In this document: one piece after another, positions 1 to 9,047 of the stretch | How positions within the stretch are numbered: the first letter of the stretch is position 1 | Layout of the letters: every line of letters starts with the position of its first letter | Translations under genes and position numbers: made by a program | From: Clostridia bacterium | Lineage (GTDB): Bacteria; Bacillota; Clostridia; JAAYHZ01 | DNA length: 64,000 nucleotides | Direction of reading: 5' to 3' | NCBI GenBank assembly: GCA_050950825.1 | Contig: JBMNIH010000002.1 | Location: 32,001-96,000, forward strand | The notes under the pieces: generated by a model | Seen by the model: only the letters and a program-made list of their open reading frames with translations | Databases searched by the model: none | Told to the model about the DNA's origin: nothing

Positions 1-166
1 GATTAGCGGATATTATAATCCCCTATTGTAGGGAGTCGATCTCCGTGAACCGTTATTTGACTCTTGACGGATTGGTTCATTTGTACTATATGAATGCAGG
101 AAGATCAAGATCGTATATTTGATCGCCGATAATTCTATTCATCTGCGATCTTTATAAATAAATTAC

Positions 167-190
167 GTTGCACCTGCAAAGCAGGGCGAC
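167..190 (+). promoter_or_regulatory. 5' UTR hairpin with bulged A (pan-motif-like)
   Basis: GTTGC-A-CCTGC-AAA-GCAGG-GCGAC folds with one bulged A on the 5' strand, directly before the RBS of a PanT-like gene. Confidence 0.4.
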
Positions 191-206
191 AGTAAGGAGT
201 GATATT

Positions 207-815
207 ATGGAAAGCGAAAAAAGAAACAAGACTCTGCAGCTGACCCGGCTGGGGATCTTAAGTGCCATCATTATCATAATGGCCTTTACTCCTCTGGGCT
301 ATTTGAAAATCGGGCCTTTGTCCATCACCTTCTTAACCGTACCGGTTATTTTAGGAGCAATGCTGCTAGGACCGTTAAATGGTGCCATTCTTGGAGCGGT
401 ATTCGGGCTTACAAGTTTTGCGCAATGCTTCGGGTTGGATCCTTTCGGAACAACACTGTTAAGCATTAACCCGATATATACGTTCCTCATGTGCATAGTG
501 CCTCGAGTTCTTATCGGTATTGTCGCCGGTTATTTAATGATTCTCTTTGATAAGAAGACTTCAGGCAAGATATATGGCTATGCCATTACCGCCCTAGCCG
601 GTGTATTGACAAACACGGTATTCTTCGTCGGTTTCTTGTTATTGATGTTTGGTAATACCGACTACATACGGTCCTTCGGTGAGAATACCATTGCCATACT
701 TGGTATTTTGGTTTCTACCAATGCCATTGTGGAAATAATTGTTTGCACATTGGTAATAACGGCTCTAATAAAACCGATTCGTGTAGCGGTAAGAAAATTC
801 AATCGTCAAGGCTGA
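207..815 (+). CDS. ECF transporter S component, PanT-like (probably pantothenate)
   Basis: Highly hydrophobic with FTPLGYL..GPLSITFLTVPVILGA and PRVLIG motifs; ATG at 207 follows AAGGAG RBS (track start 168 looks too long). Confidence 0.85.
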   Translation: MESEKRNKTLQLTRLGILSAIIIIMAFTPLGYLKIGPLSITFLTVPVILGAMLLGPLNGAILGAVFGLTSFAQCFGLDPFGTTLLSINPIYTFLMCIVPRVLIGIVAGYLMILFDKKTSGKIYGYAITALAGVLTNTVFFVGFLLLMFGNTDYIRSFGENTIAILGILVSTNAIVEIIVCTLVITALIKPIRVAVRKFNRQG

Positions 816-827
816 TGCGAAAAACCT

Positions 828-866
828 AAAGCCGAGTGAATGTATTCTATTCTCTCGGCTTTTTTA
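828..866 (+). terminator. Rho-independent terminator
   Basis: AAAGCCGAG...CTCGGC followed by T-run after the S-component stop. Confidence 0.8.
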
Positions 867-1344
867 TAATATTTATAATGTAATTATAAGTTAATTTATA
901 CTTAACTAAGGCATTTTTAAATGTTTTTATGATTTTCTTTAATTATTATTGAATTTATTTTAATTATTCATTATGATTAAATTAACGGATTGATTTGACA
1001 AGACTTTATCCCTCTTTCTTGTCAAGTTGCCGATTTCTTTGAATATATTTAAGTATATAACCGGAAATATCGCTAAATCATGAATATCTTAACCGGGATA
1101 GAACCTTGATAATTGCATAGGTTCAAATGATATAGCAAAATTGGTTGTAGAATAATTACCTTATTAAATTCATCATGTTCAATTATTCCATTTCGTCATT
1201 TTTAATTCATTAGGCTGCGAAATAAAAAACGCTCGGATAACGAAGATATAAAATGTCTTTTCGAACAATATTGAGCTAATGCTTGGTAATAGGATTTATG
1301 AGGCCTTTTGCATCATAAATACAATAATACAAGGAGGGATATGA

Positions 1345-1584
1345 ATGAATAAAAACCCGGAGGATTACAAAGTTTTGGGATTATCCGTAGATGCCGATAT
1401 AGAACAAGTAAAAAAAGCCGGCACTCTATTAATGAAGAAATATAAGGATGATCCTGAAAAATTAGACCAAATCAACACGGCCTATAATCGAATCATGGGG
1501 TTCACTACCGATGAAAAACAAGAAGAAAAACAAAAATCCGGTGCATTTAAATTCATTGACAAGATCTTTAAAAAAAGCAAATAA
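1345..1584 (+). CDS. Small J-domain-like protein lacking HPD
   Basis: DYKVLGLS..ADIEQVKKA..L.KKY...INTAYNRI resembles DnaJ J-domain; AAGGAGGG RBS; own terminator. Confidence 0.7.
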   Translation: MNKNPEDYKVLGLSVDADIEQVKKAGTLLMKKYKDDPEKLDQINTAYNRIMGFTTDEKQEEKQKSGAFKFIDKIFKKSK

Positions 1585-1601
1585 CACTATTACATATTGA
1601 C

Positions 1602-1634
1602 AACCCCTGTAACATATGTCAGGGGGTTTTTTTT
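1602..1634 (+). terminator. Rho-independent terminator
   Basis: AACCCCTG...CAGGGGGTT plus T8. Confidence 0.8.
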
Positions 1635-1677
1635 GATTGTAAACTAAAGAGTCATCTTTTAGAGGAGGAAACAGCCT

Positions 1678-3795
1678 TTATAGGCTGTTTCCGTCAAGCT
1701 CAATAATTTCAAGTTCCTTTAACTTGTTAACCGTAATACGACAAGTGTCTCCCTTTTGATCAAACTTGCAGTTATCCTTCAAGAATAATGTTCGAGCATT
1801 GGATACCGGATAATCGACATCTATAACGACATTTAGAAATTCCACCATCTCTGTTATAGGTCGCATCATGTGGCCGGTATAGTTCAATAAGTAGATTAAC
1901 GTTTTTCCCTGTCCGTTCCTTCTTATATTAATGCTCATGGAAGCAGGCCCTTTGACAACGCGTACTTTATCTTTTGAACAATCCTTGATTATTTTTCCCG
2001 TTAAAGCGATATACTCGGGAAAATGCAGCTCGATTAGCAATTGCCCTATCGTCCCGGCAAAATAGATGGACTTGCCTTTTCCGTATTTATTAATATAGCA
2101 AAATCCGTTCGCACTTCTCGGCGGTTGTCCGTCATAGGAGCCTTTTAAAAATTCCGCCAGATCCAATATTCTTTCACCGCTTGTATTAACCGTCTTTTTC
2201 ACGTATTGCGGTGCAGGTATATAACGGTATGTTTTTAATTGATCGGTATACGGCGCATCGTAAACAGGCATTACATAATCGAATCGCAAAGGACCGAAGC
2301 TTTCTTTGGTCGTCAAAGTAACGCCGAAGCAATCCTCCAACCCGAACCGGTCCCTCATTTCACCGTATTCGTTATACATAGACGTTTCAAAAGAGGCTAT
2401 CAATGTTCCTCCGTTATATACAAATTGATTGACAGCTTTAATTTCTTCATCCGACATGCAAGCAATATTGGGTAAAATGATGGTATCGTATCGATTTATC
2501 AATCCGTCCGTAAGCGAAACTTCATCGATGACATCTACCGGCACGTTGTTTCTGAAGCATGTTTCATAGAACCCTTCAAACTCCTTGTGCAAGTCGCCGA
2601 TGTTCGTGAATACGGCTTCTTGTGTAAAATCGGTTTTACGGATACTGCCGCCTTTATAATAGTCCGCATTAACATTTGACCACACAACGGCAGTCTTCGC
2701 TAAAGATTCCGTCGGATAAAGGGTTTTTTCGTTTTCTTTGATAAACCGGTATACACTATAAATGTTTTCTATCAATCCCTCAATGTTGTTTTGGGGAGAA
2801 GACATTCCGGAATAAATGTGAGAACCGGACACAATTGCTTCATACATCATAAGTTTATACTCGGCCGGTGGCAGCTGATACCAATTCCAGCTTTTATGGT
2901 CTATCGCCATTCCACTGATAACCGGTTTTCCACCGCTTTGGGTCATGCAAAGCTTATCTTCGCATTCGGTTCTCCATATGGGAGTTAAATTGATATTGTT
3001 GTATAAGAATCCGCCTTCGGCCAAAAGCATGTCCTGTACTTCCATAAGACGTCTGTTTTGCCTTCCTGTCGGCCAGTTAGCCGTTCGCAAACCTGCATTA
3101 CAGTAAAGTAAAGCTTGGGGTCTTTTTTCTTTTAAAGCGTTGTACAAATGTCCAACGTATTCGGTCAAAGAGTCTATCTGGAATTCTCTTACATACTTCC
3201 AGTTGGGATTGGCACGATCTTGTTTGGAAGGAAGCTCAAATCCGTATTTTTCTTTAAATTTACTCTTGCAAGTAGTACAAAAGCAGGTTTTTTGAAAAAA
3301 GATATCTCCGTCTAAAAATACTCCGTCGATTTCATATTGGCATAGGTCTCTTATAACGTCGGCTTGCCATTTTCGATATTCCGAGTTATTGGGACAAGCC
3401 GATATTCCCGTTCCGTAAATATCTAAAGCCGGTGTTCCGTCTTCGTATACTTGTACCCAGTCGGGATGGTCTTTATAGAACTGCGGAACAAAAGAATGGC
3501 CGTTAAAATAGATAATTATTCGAATGCCATGCTTATGAAACTCTTCTATGAAAATACGTAGTAAGTCCGGATCCATACCGGCCCTGCCGGTCATATTAAA
3601 GATCGGTTTGGTATAGTCGGTTCCGCAACCTTCGCCTACTTGCATGGCACCAAAGTGCACGGTATTCGCTCCTGTTCTCCTGTATTTATCGACGATCTCG
3701 GGAATTTCTTCCGGTTTTACGGAATACAAATTCCACATGGAAACGAATCCTTCGGAGATTAAAATTACACCTTCTTCCCACCATTGTTTCATCAT
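1678..3795 (-). CDS. Glycoside-hydrolase-like TIM barrel (GHL6/GHL10-like) with beta-galactosidase trimerisation-like domain
   Basis: DLLRIFIEEFHKHGIRIIIY, HPDW, YEIDGVFLD, CFCTTC, then YDTIILPN..CMSD..FVYNGG; start reassigned to ATG at 3795 after GGAGG. Confidence 0.7.
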   Translation of the reverse strand: MMKQWWEEGVILISEGFVSMWNLYSVKPEEIPEIVDKYRRTGANTVHFGAMQVGEGCGTDYTKPIFNMTGRAGMDPDLLRIFIEEFHKHGIRIIIYFNGHSFVPQFYKDHPDWVQVYEDGTPALDIYGTGISACPNNSEYRKWQADVIRDLCQYEIDGVFLDGDIFFQKTCFCTTCKSKFKEKYGFELPSKQDRANPNWKYVREFQIDSLTEYVGHLYNALKEKRPQALLYCNAGLRTANWPTGRQNRRLMEVQDMLLAEGGFLYNNINLTPIWRTECEDKLCMTQSGGKPVISGMAIDHKSWNWYQLPPAEYKLMMYEAIVSGSHIYSGMSSPQNNIEGLIENIYSVYRFIKENEKTLYPTESLAKTAVVWSNVNADYYKGGSIRKTDFTQEAVFTNIGDLHKEFEGFYETCFRNNVPVDVIDEVSLTDGLINRYDTIILPNIACMSDEEIKAVNQFVYNGGTLIASFETSMYNEYGEMRDRFGLEDCFGVTLTTKESFGPLRFDYVMPVYDAPYTDQLKTYRYIPAPQYVKKTVNTSGERILDLAEFLKGSYDGQPPRSANGFCYINKYGKGKSIYFAGTIGQLLIELHFPEYIALTGKIIKDCSKDKVRVVKGPASMSINIRRNGQGKTLIYLLNYTGHMMRPITEMVEFLNVVIDVDYPVSNARTLFLKDNCKFDQKGDTCRITVNKLKELEIIELDGNSL

Positions 3796-3895
3796 ACCTA
3801 TGACCTCCAAGATATTGTAGTATTCATGTTTATAGATATTTTGCTTATGTGAAGCAAAATCAGTCGGGTACAAGTGCGTCTTGGATAAATGAACC

Positions 3896-4774
3896 CTATT
3901 TGTTCAATAATGCTTTGGCGATCGGTGAATCGGGTCCTAATATAACGGTTTTACCGGAGCCTTCTAAAGAGGCTTTAAGAGCATCCAATGCCAGGATAAA
4001 CTCGTAGAATTCTTGTTTGTCTAATGTATTATAGGCTTCCGCTAACCGTCTCATGTATTCTTGCTCTCCTTCTGCAACTAAAACCGCAGCTTTGGCTTCG
4101 GCATTGGAGATAATAATATTTACTTGTTTGTCCGCATCGTTACGAATAATGGAGGATTCGTATTCTCCGTCGGCTAAATATTTATCGGCCATTTGCTTTC
4201 TTTCCGATATCATTCTTGCATATACGGCTTGTTCGTTTGTTGTCGGTAAATCGAATCTTTTAATTTTTACGTCAACAACTTCAATTCCATAATTAGGAAC
4301 CAAACCTTGAACAGTAGCGGTAATATCGTCGTAGAGCTTTTTCCTGCCGCCGATTTGATCCTCGGTGATAATTTGAGTCAATGAAACCGTACCCATTGTA
4401 TTCTTCAAGGTATTGTAAGTTAAGGCATCCAGACGTTGTTCCGCAATTGCTATACTGCCTAAGGAGCGGTAAAATAGCAGCGGATCTGTTATACGCCATA
4501 AAACATAACTGTCAATTGTCATGTTTTGCTTATCTGACGTCAGAACTTCCGAAGGTTGAATATCATAAACCATAACGGCTTTCGGGAATGACTTCACACC
4601 ATCGATGAAAGGAACTTTGAAGTGAAGACCTGCTTTGTCAGTTATATTAATAATTTTTGAAAATCTTACCGTTGCCATATATTCATTTTCGGCCACAATA
4701 TAGACCGAAGAAGATAGCAAAATTATAACAGCAAGACCGATGATAGAGATCAATAACACCTTTTTCTTATTCAT
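3896..4774 (-). CDS. hflC: FtsH modulator HflC (SPFH domain)
   Basis: N-terminal TM, GLHFKVPFID, VDVKIKRFDLP, VYARMISER; coupled to hflK. Confidence 0.9.
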   Translation of the reverse strand: MNKKKVLLISIIGLAVIILLSSSVYIVAENEYMATVRFSKIINITDKAGLHFKVPFIDGVKSFPKAVMVYDIQPSEVLTSDKQNMTIDSYVLWRITDPLLFYRSLGSIAIAEQRLDALTYNTLKNTMGTVSLTQIITEDQIGGRKKLYDDITATVQGLVPNYGIEVVDVKIKRFDLPTTNEQAVYARMISERKQMADKYLADGEYESSIIRNDADKQVNIIISNAEAKAAVLVAEGEQEYMRRLAEAYNTLDKQEFYEFILALDALKASLEGSGKTVILGPDSPIAKALLNK

Positions 4775-5832
4775 TATTCCGCACCTCCTGCCGTATTGTT
4801 TGAAAGAGACGAGCTTGCAGTATCGTCTTGTAAAGTACTTGCCGAATCATCGCCGATAAAGTTTTCTAAAGGCAACAGTTTTTGAACACCGCCTTCCGAC
4901 AAGTCGATATACAATTTGACTCCGGGTAAGACCTCGGTGATTACTTCATAATACATTCGTGACCGAGTAATTCCGGGATTCAGCTTGTATTCGGAATACA
5001 TGGCTTCAAACATGGCTACGTTTTCGATTGCCTGATTAATTCGTTTTTGTTTTAGATATTCGGCATTTTGGATTAAGCTGTCTGCTTTTGCATTGGCCGC
5101 AGGCAATCTGGAGTTTGCGTATGCTCTGGCTTGATTTATTAGAGTTTCGGCATTTTGCTTCGCAGTTTCCACCGATTTAAATGCTTCAATAACCTCAAGC
5201 GTAGGCGGTTCGCTGTCTTGGATCTTGACATCGGTTAACATAATCCCGATATCGTATGTCTCCAAGGTTTCGGTAACAAATTCTCGTACCATCCTTTGTA
5301 TCGCTTCCTTACCGTCGGTTAAGACCGCATCTACATTGGTTGAACCGACAACACTGCGCACTTGGCTTTGAACAAGGTTGCGCAAAATGTCTTCGGGATC
5401 ATACGATGCGAACAAATACTTGACAGGATCTTCGATTTTATATTCAATAAAGAACTCCACATTCACGATATTGTAGTCGCCTGTAATCATTTTACTTTCA
5501 TTATCAACAACCGTGTATCCTGAGGGCTTAGTAGGATCCGTACGATACCCCAATTCCATACGCTGAAATACATTGACTTCAACTTTATGCACCTTTTGTA
5601 TGCCAAAAGGCAATTTAAAATGCACACCGGCATCATTAACGGATGTTACCTTGCCAAAGGTTGTAATAACCGCTTGGTGTTTTTCGTCTACCGTGTACCA
5701 ACAGGTGGATGCAATCAGTAAAACAATAACGATTATCGCAGCGATCGTGAAATATTTCATGATTTTCTTTGCATCCGGTTTTACAGAGTTCCCTGTTTGT
5801 CCCGATGATCCGAAATTATTATAAAAACTCAT
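4774..5832 (-). CDS. hflK: FtsH modulator HflK (SPFH domain)
   Basis: GVHFKLPFGIQ, MITGDYNIVNVE, EVIEAFKSV, TRSRMYYE; AGGAGG RBS. Confidence 0.9.
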   Translation of the reverse strand: MSFYNNFGSSGQTGNSVKPDAKKIMKYFTIAAIIVIVLLIASTCWYTVDEKHQAVITTFGKVTSVNDAGVHFKLPFGIQKVHKVEVNVFQRMELGYRTDPTKPSGYTVVDNESKMITGDYNIVNVEFFIEYKIEDPVKYLFASYDPEDILRNLVQSQVRSVVGSTNVDAVLTDGKEAIQRMVREFVTETLETYDIGIMLTDVKIQDSEPPTLEVIEAFKSVETAKQNAETLINQARAYANSRLPAANAKADSLIQNAEYLKQKRINQAIENVAMFEAMYSEYKLNPGITRSRMYYEVITEVLPGVKLYIDLSEGGVQKLLPLENFIGDDSASTLQDDTASSSLSNNTAGGAE

Positions 5833-5884
5833 CTTTGTCTAATACCTCCTATCATTTAACATTATATCTATCATATCACGGTTA

Positions 5885-5899
5885 AAGGACAGTTCTCAA
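5885..5899 (-). repeat. Degenerate RAYT-associated repeat copy
   Basis: Minus strand TTGAGAACTGTCCTT, 2 mismatches to consensus; core in loop of a GTTGA/TTAAC stem. Confidence 0.5.
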
Positions 5900-5915
5900 C
5901 AAAAATATACCTTGA

Positions 5916-6740
5916 CATCAGTTCTCAAGATCCACTGTCTCAGATCTTTGCAAGAAGTTAGATCCCATCGTGGAGGCTTTTAGAACTCGTCCTCTGCAGT
6001 GCCACTATCCCTTTCTCATAGTGGATGCCATCTTTGTAAATGTGCGGGAAAATGGTCGCGTACAATCAAGTGGTTTGTTGATAGCCACTGCAGTGAATGA
6101 GGAAGGCTATCGCGAAATCATAGGGTTTCAATTAGCCAACAGTGAATCCGAAAGCAGCTGGGGTGAATTCTTTTCCTCTCTTAAAGAAAGAGGGCTAAAG
6201 AATGTTGATTTGGTTACCTCTGACGACCATAAAGGGTTGGTCAAAGCTGTTAGAAGGCACTTTCAAGGCGCTGGTTGGCAACGCTGTCAAACACACTTTT
6301 CCAAGAACATTTTGGATCATACACCGAAGGCGCTGCAACCTGAAATTAAAGAAGAGCTACGCCGGCTTTATGAGGCCGTTGACCTTGAGAGTGCTCGTAA
6401 CATCAGAGATGGGATAATCCAAAATTATGAAGCCAAGGCGCCGAAAGCCACGGCTATTCTGGACGAGGCATTTGACGATATCACTGCTGTTCTGGCCCTG
6501 CCCTTAAGGTATCGAAAACGGCTTCGTACTACAAATAGTGTGGAAAGACTCAACCAGGAAATTCGTCGTCGTGAACGGGTTATTCGAATCTTTCCCAATG
6601 CATCATCAGCCATACGGCTTATGGGTGCTTTATTAATGGAACAGCATGAAAAGTGGCAAACAGGACACAAATATTTCAATATGCAGTTGTATTACCAGAT
6701 GCGGAAAGAGAACGATTCGAAGTCCGGTACTGCTGCCTAA
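5916..6740 (+). pseudogene. IS256-family (Mutator-like) transposase, N-terminally truncated
   Basis: FSRSTVSDLCKKLD, IVDA, TSDDHKGL, WQRCQTHF (CxxH), LRTTNSVERLNQEIRRR; in-frame TGA at 5913 and N-terminal part absent. Confidence 0.9.
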
Positions 6741-6745
6741 GATCG

Positions 6746-6907
6746 CATTTATTCCACGGTCTGTTGACAACGAGCCTCTCATGGCATGTTTTCCGGCATC
6801 GGGGCCATCCCCCACAGTAACAGGGATGGGCTTCATAGAAGGTGGATGATGCCCGGCTATCAGCCTAACATGCCATGTAACTCATTGTCAACAGCTTTCG
6901 CGGCATA
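6746..6907 (-). other. Structured hairpin element, copy 1 (in IS256)
   Basis: Nested stems CTGTTGACAA/TTGTCAACAG, ATGGCATGTT/AACATGCCAT, GGCATC/GATGCC; homologous to copy 2. Confidence 0.8.
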
Positions 6908-7088
6908 GATAGCGTCAATATACATTCGGAAATAAAAAGAGAGAGTTCACCCTTATGATAAGATTAAATCTTGTCTGTATCATATATCATTTCCATCAAT
7001 TTTTCCACATTTGTTTTTTTAATTGATTATTACACATCACCTATTTAAGAATTCATGAAGACAATAGCAAATGCACAAGTAAAGTACT

Positions 7089-7254
7089 CATTTATTCCAC
7101 GGTTCGCTTTACGACGAGCCTCTGCCGGCATGTTTAGTGGCCTCTGCGGCATCTTCCTACAGGGTGAAGCCGGATACGGCTTTGTGTGTTTGATGCCAGG
7201 CAGACAAGCCTAACATGCCGTCTACTCATCGTAAAGCGACTTTCGCGGCATAAA
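7089..7254 (-). other. Structured hairpin element, copy 2 (in ISLre2)
   Basis: Nested stems TCGCTTTACGA/TCGTAAAGCGA, CGGCATGTT/AACATGCCG, GGCATC/GATGCC; same flanks as copy 1. Confidence 0.8.
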
Positions 7255-7297
7255 GCCTACCGTCACACGGTTACAAAGTCATAGCGGTTCAAGCTGC

Positions 7298-8436
7298 TTA
7301 TGCGTCCCAAGCCAGTGTGGTCATATTCTTTAGCCACTTCATACTGCTCCTTTCCAAACCATGTATGTGACGTCTGGTATCTTCCGCATACGTCCATTTT
7401 GAATGTCTTCTTCTCAGATCTCTTATCAATTCTTCTTGTGCTTCACGCCTTTCCTTTTGCTTTTTTCGTTGTTTTTGATATTTTAGCAAGTCAAGAATCT
7501 TACCGCCGTTTCTTTTGTACGCTCTGAGCCTTGCCATGCGGTCGCAACCCAATTCGCTCCATCCCATTGGTCTGCTGCTCATTCTTGCCGACAATACATG
7601 GCTTATTTGCCCTTCTATGCAATATGTCCAGCCGCTTGTTTCTTCCACTCGGGTTTTTATCCCTTGCCAATGATTTAGAAAATATCTTAACGCATCTTCC
7701 ACTTCTTGCTTCTTGTTTTCACTTTCCGTAACCTTCAGGATCTGCTCATAGATATTCTTCAATTCCTTTTTGTCCAAACGATTCAAGGCTCCCCAAATCC
7801 AGTCTTTCACCTCGTCCGCGCTATCGTAAAGATGCGCCACTGACCTGTTTATATATTTCATCATATGGTATTTATCAAGGACATATTTGCTGTTCTCCAA
7901 ATATTCGCATCCTTTTTTTATCCACGAAGCTCCGTCTCCGACTACGTATATTCTCTCAAGATAGTCCGTATCGTATGTTTTTTCTATGTATTCGGCAACC
8001 TCCATCCAAAGCTTTTCGTTGCCTTTGCCACCCTCGTAAATACCGCAAAAGTATTTTTTTCCGATCAGCTTATATCTGGGATTCTTGGATGCTTCCCCCG
8101 ATTCATTGATAATATCCTCGAATACACAAACAAGCTTAGGCATCAGGGTATTAATCTTATGGCCCCTCGCATCTCGCTTCAAATCGCCCTTTTCATTCCA
8201 AAACTGTGCCGCCACATGATCTTCATCGGCCATGACATGAAGCCTTTTTATCTTCTTCTTTCCTTCCGGTTCCGGCATCGGCATGTCCGCCTCAATCTCA
8301 TGTACCAGATCCATTACGGCTTGTTTGCTAATGCCTTCTTCCGCTTTTATGCTCGCATTCTCTCCGCCTTTGCGGTAACTGCTGTCTATACTTTCTTCTA
8401 AGGCTCTCGCAGCTGCGCCTAGCGTTACCTTCTGGT
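7298..8436 (-). pseudogene. ISLre2-family (UPF0236) transposase, N-terminally truncated
   Basis: ADEDHV, GDGASWIK, LDKYH, IEGQISHVLSARMSSRPMGWS; frame stays homologous upstream of Met 8314 (QKVTLGAAARALEESIDSSYRKGG) to the junction at ~8436. Confidence 0.85.
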
Positions 8437-8585
8437 CGCGGCATAAACGCTTGCGACCATAGGCTGATTGCTACATTTAAAATGCCGAGGTAATTTACAC
8501 ACTAATTTGGACTTGACTTCAATAAACCATAATCATATAGTCATATTAAATTTTAAGATAAATAGGGATTAATAGAGAGTTTGGC

Positions 8586-9035
8586 ATGACAAAGGGTATT
8601 ATAACGATTTCTTTATCGGTTTTGCTTGTATTTTTATTTTTCGGCTGCACGAGCAAAATCATTGACGAAGAGTCTTTCGACAAAACGAAAACGGTACATG
8701 AGACGAATGATACCGAAGAAAAAACGGAGTATGTCCGAATATCAAGCGAGGAAGCAAAACGAATGATGGAAGAGCCGGAGAGTTATATTATTCTTGATGT
8801 TCGAACAGAAGCCGAATTCTCGGAAGGACATATTAAAGGAGCCGTTCTTATTCCTCACGATAAAATCAAAGAGCATGCCGGTGATTTGCTTCCCGATAAA
8901 GATCAAATCATACTGATCTATTGCCGATCAGGCAACCGAAGTGCATATGCTTCTTTGGAGCTGATAGAATTAGGCTATAAAAATGTATATGATTTCGGTG
9001 GTATCATCGATTGGCCTTATGATATAGAAAAATAA
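8586..9035 (+). CDS. Rhodanese-like lipoprotein
   Basis: Lipobox FFGC; ILDVRT..EFSEGHIKGA; active loop YCRSGNRS. Confidence 0.9.
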   Translation: MTKGIITISLSVLLVFLFFGCTSKIIDEESFDKTKTVHETNDTEEKTEYVRISSEEAKRMMEEPESYIILDVRTEAEFSEGHIKGAVLIPHDKIKEHAGDLLPDKDQIILIYCRSGNRSAYASLELIELGYKNVYDFGGIIDWPYDIEK

Positions 9036-9047
9036 CGGACAACTATA

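Larger units (their letters stand above)
6908..8436 (-). mobile_element. ISLre2-family element, left end missing
   Basis: Terminus GATAGCGTCAA at 6908-6918; 9-bp duplication CGCGGCATA at 6899-6907 and 8437-8445. Confidence 0.75.
5916..8518 (+). mobile_element. 5'-truncated IS256-family element interrupted by an ISLre2 fragment
   Basis: Transposase fragment at left; IS256-type right end ATTTACACACTAATTTGGACTTGACT at 8493-8518; no left end seen. Confidence 0.8.

Noticed and set aside
6746-7254. Hairpin element as a hammerhead ribozyme or group II intron remnant
   Set aside because: CTGATAG occurs in copy 1 only and the hammerhead core order is not kept; no domain V-like AGC/GNRA helix or reverse transcriptase seen
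6746-8447. Three TCGCGGCATA junctions as an integron-like cassette array
   Set aside because: More simply explained by one hairpin per IS plus a 9-bp target duplication beside an ISLre2-type terminus; no tyrosine integrase nearby
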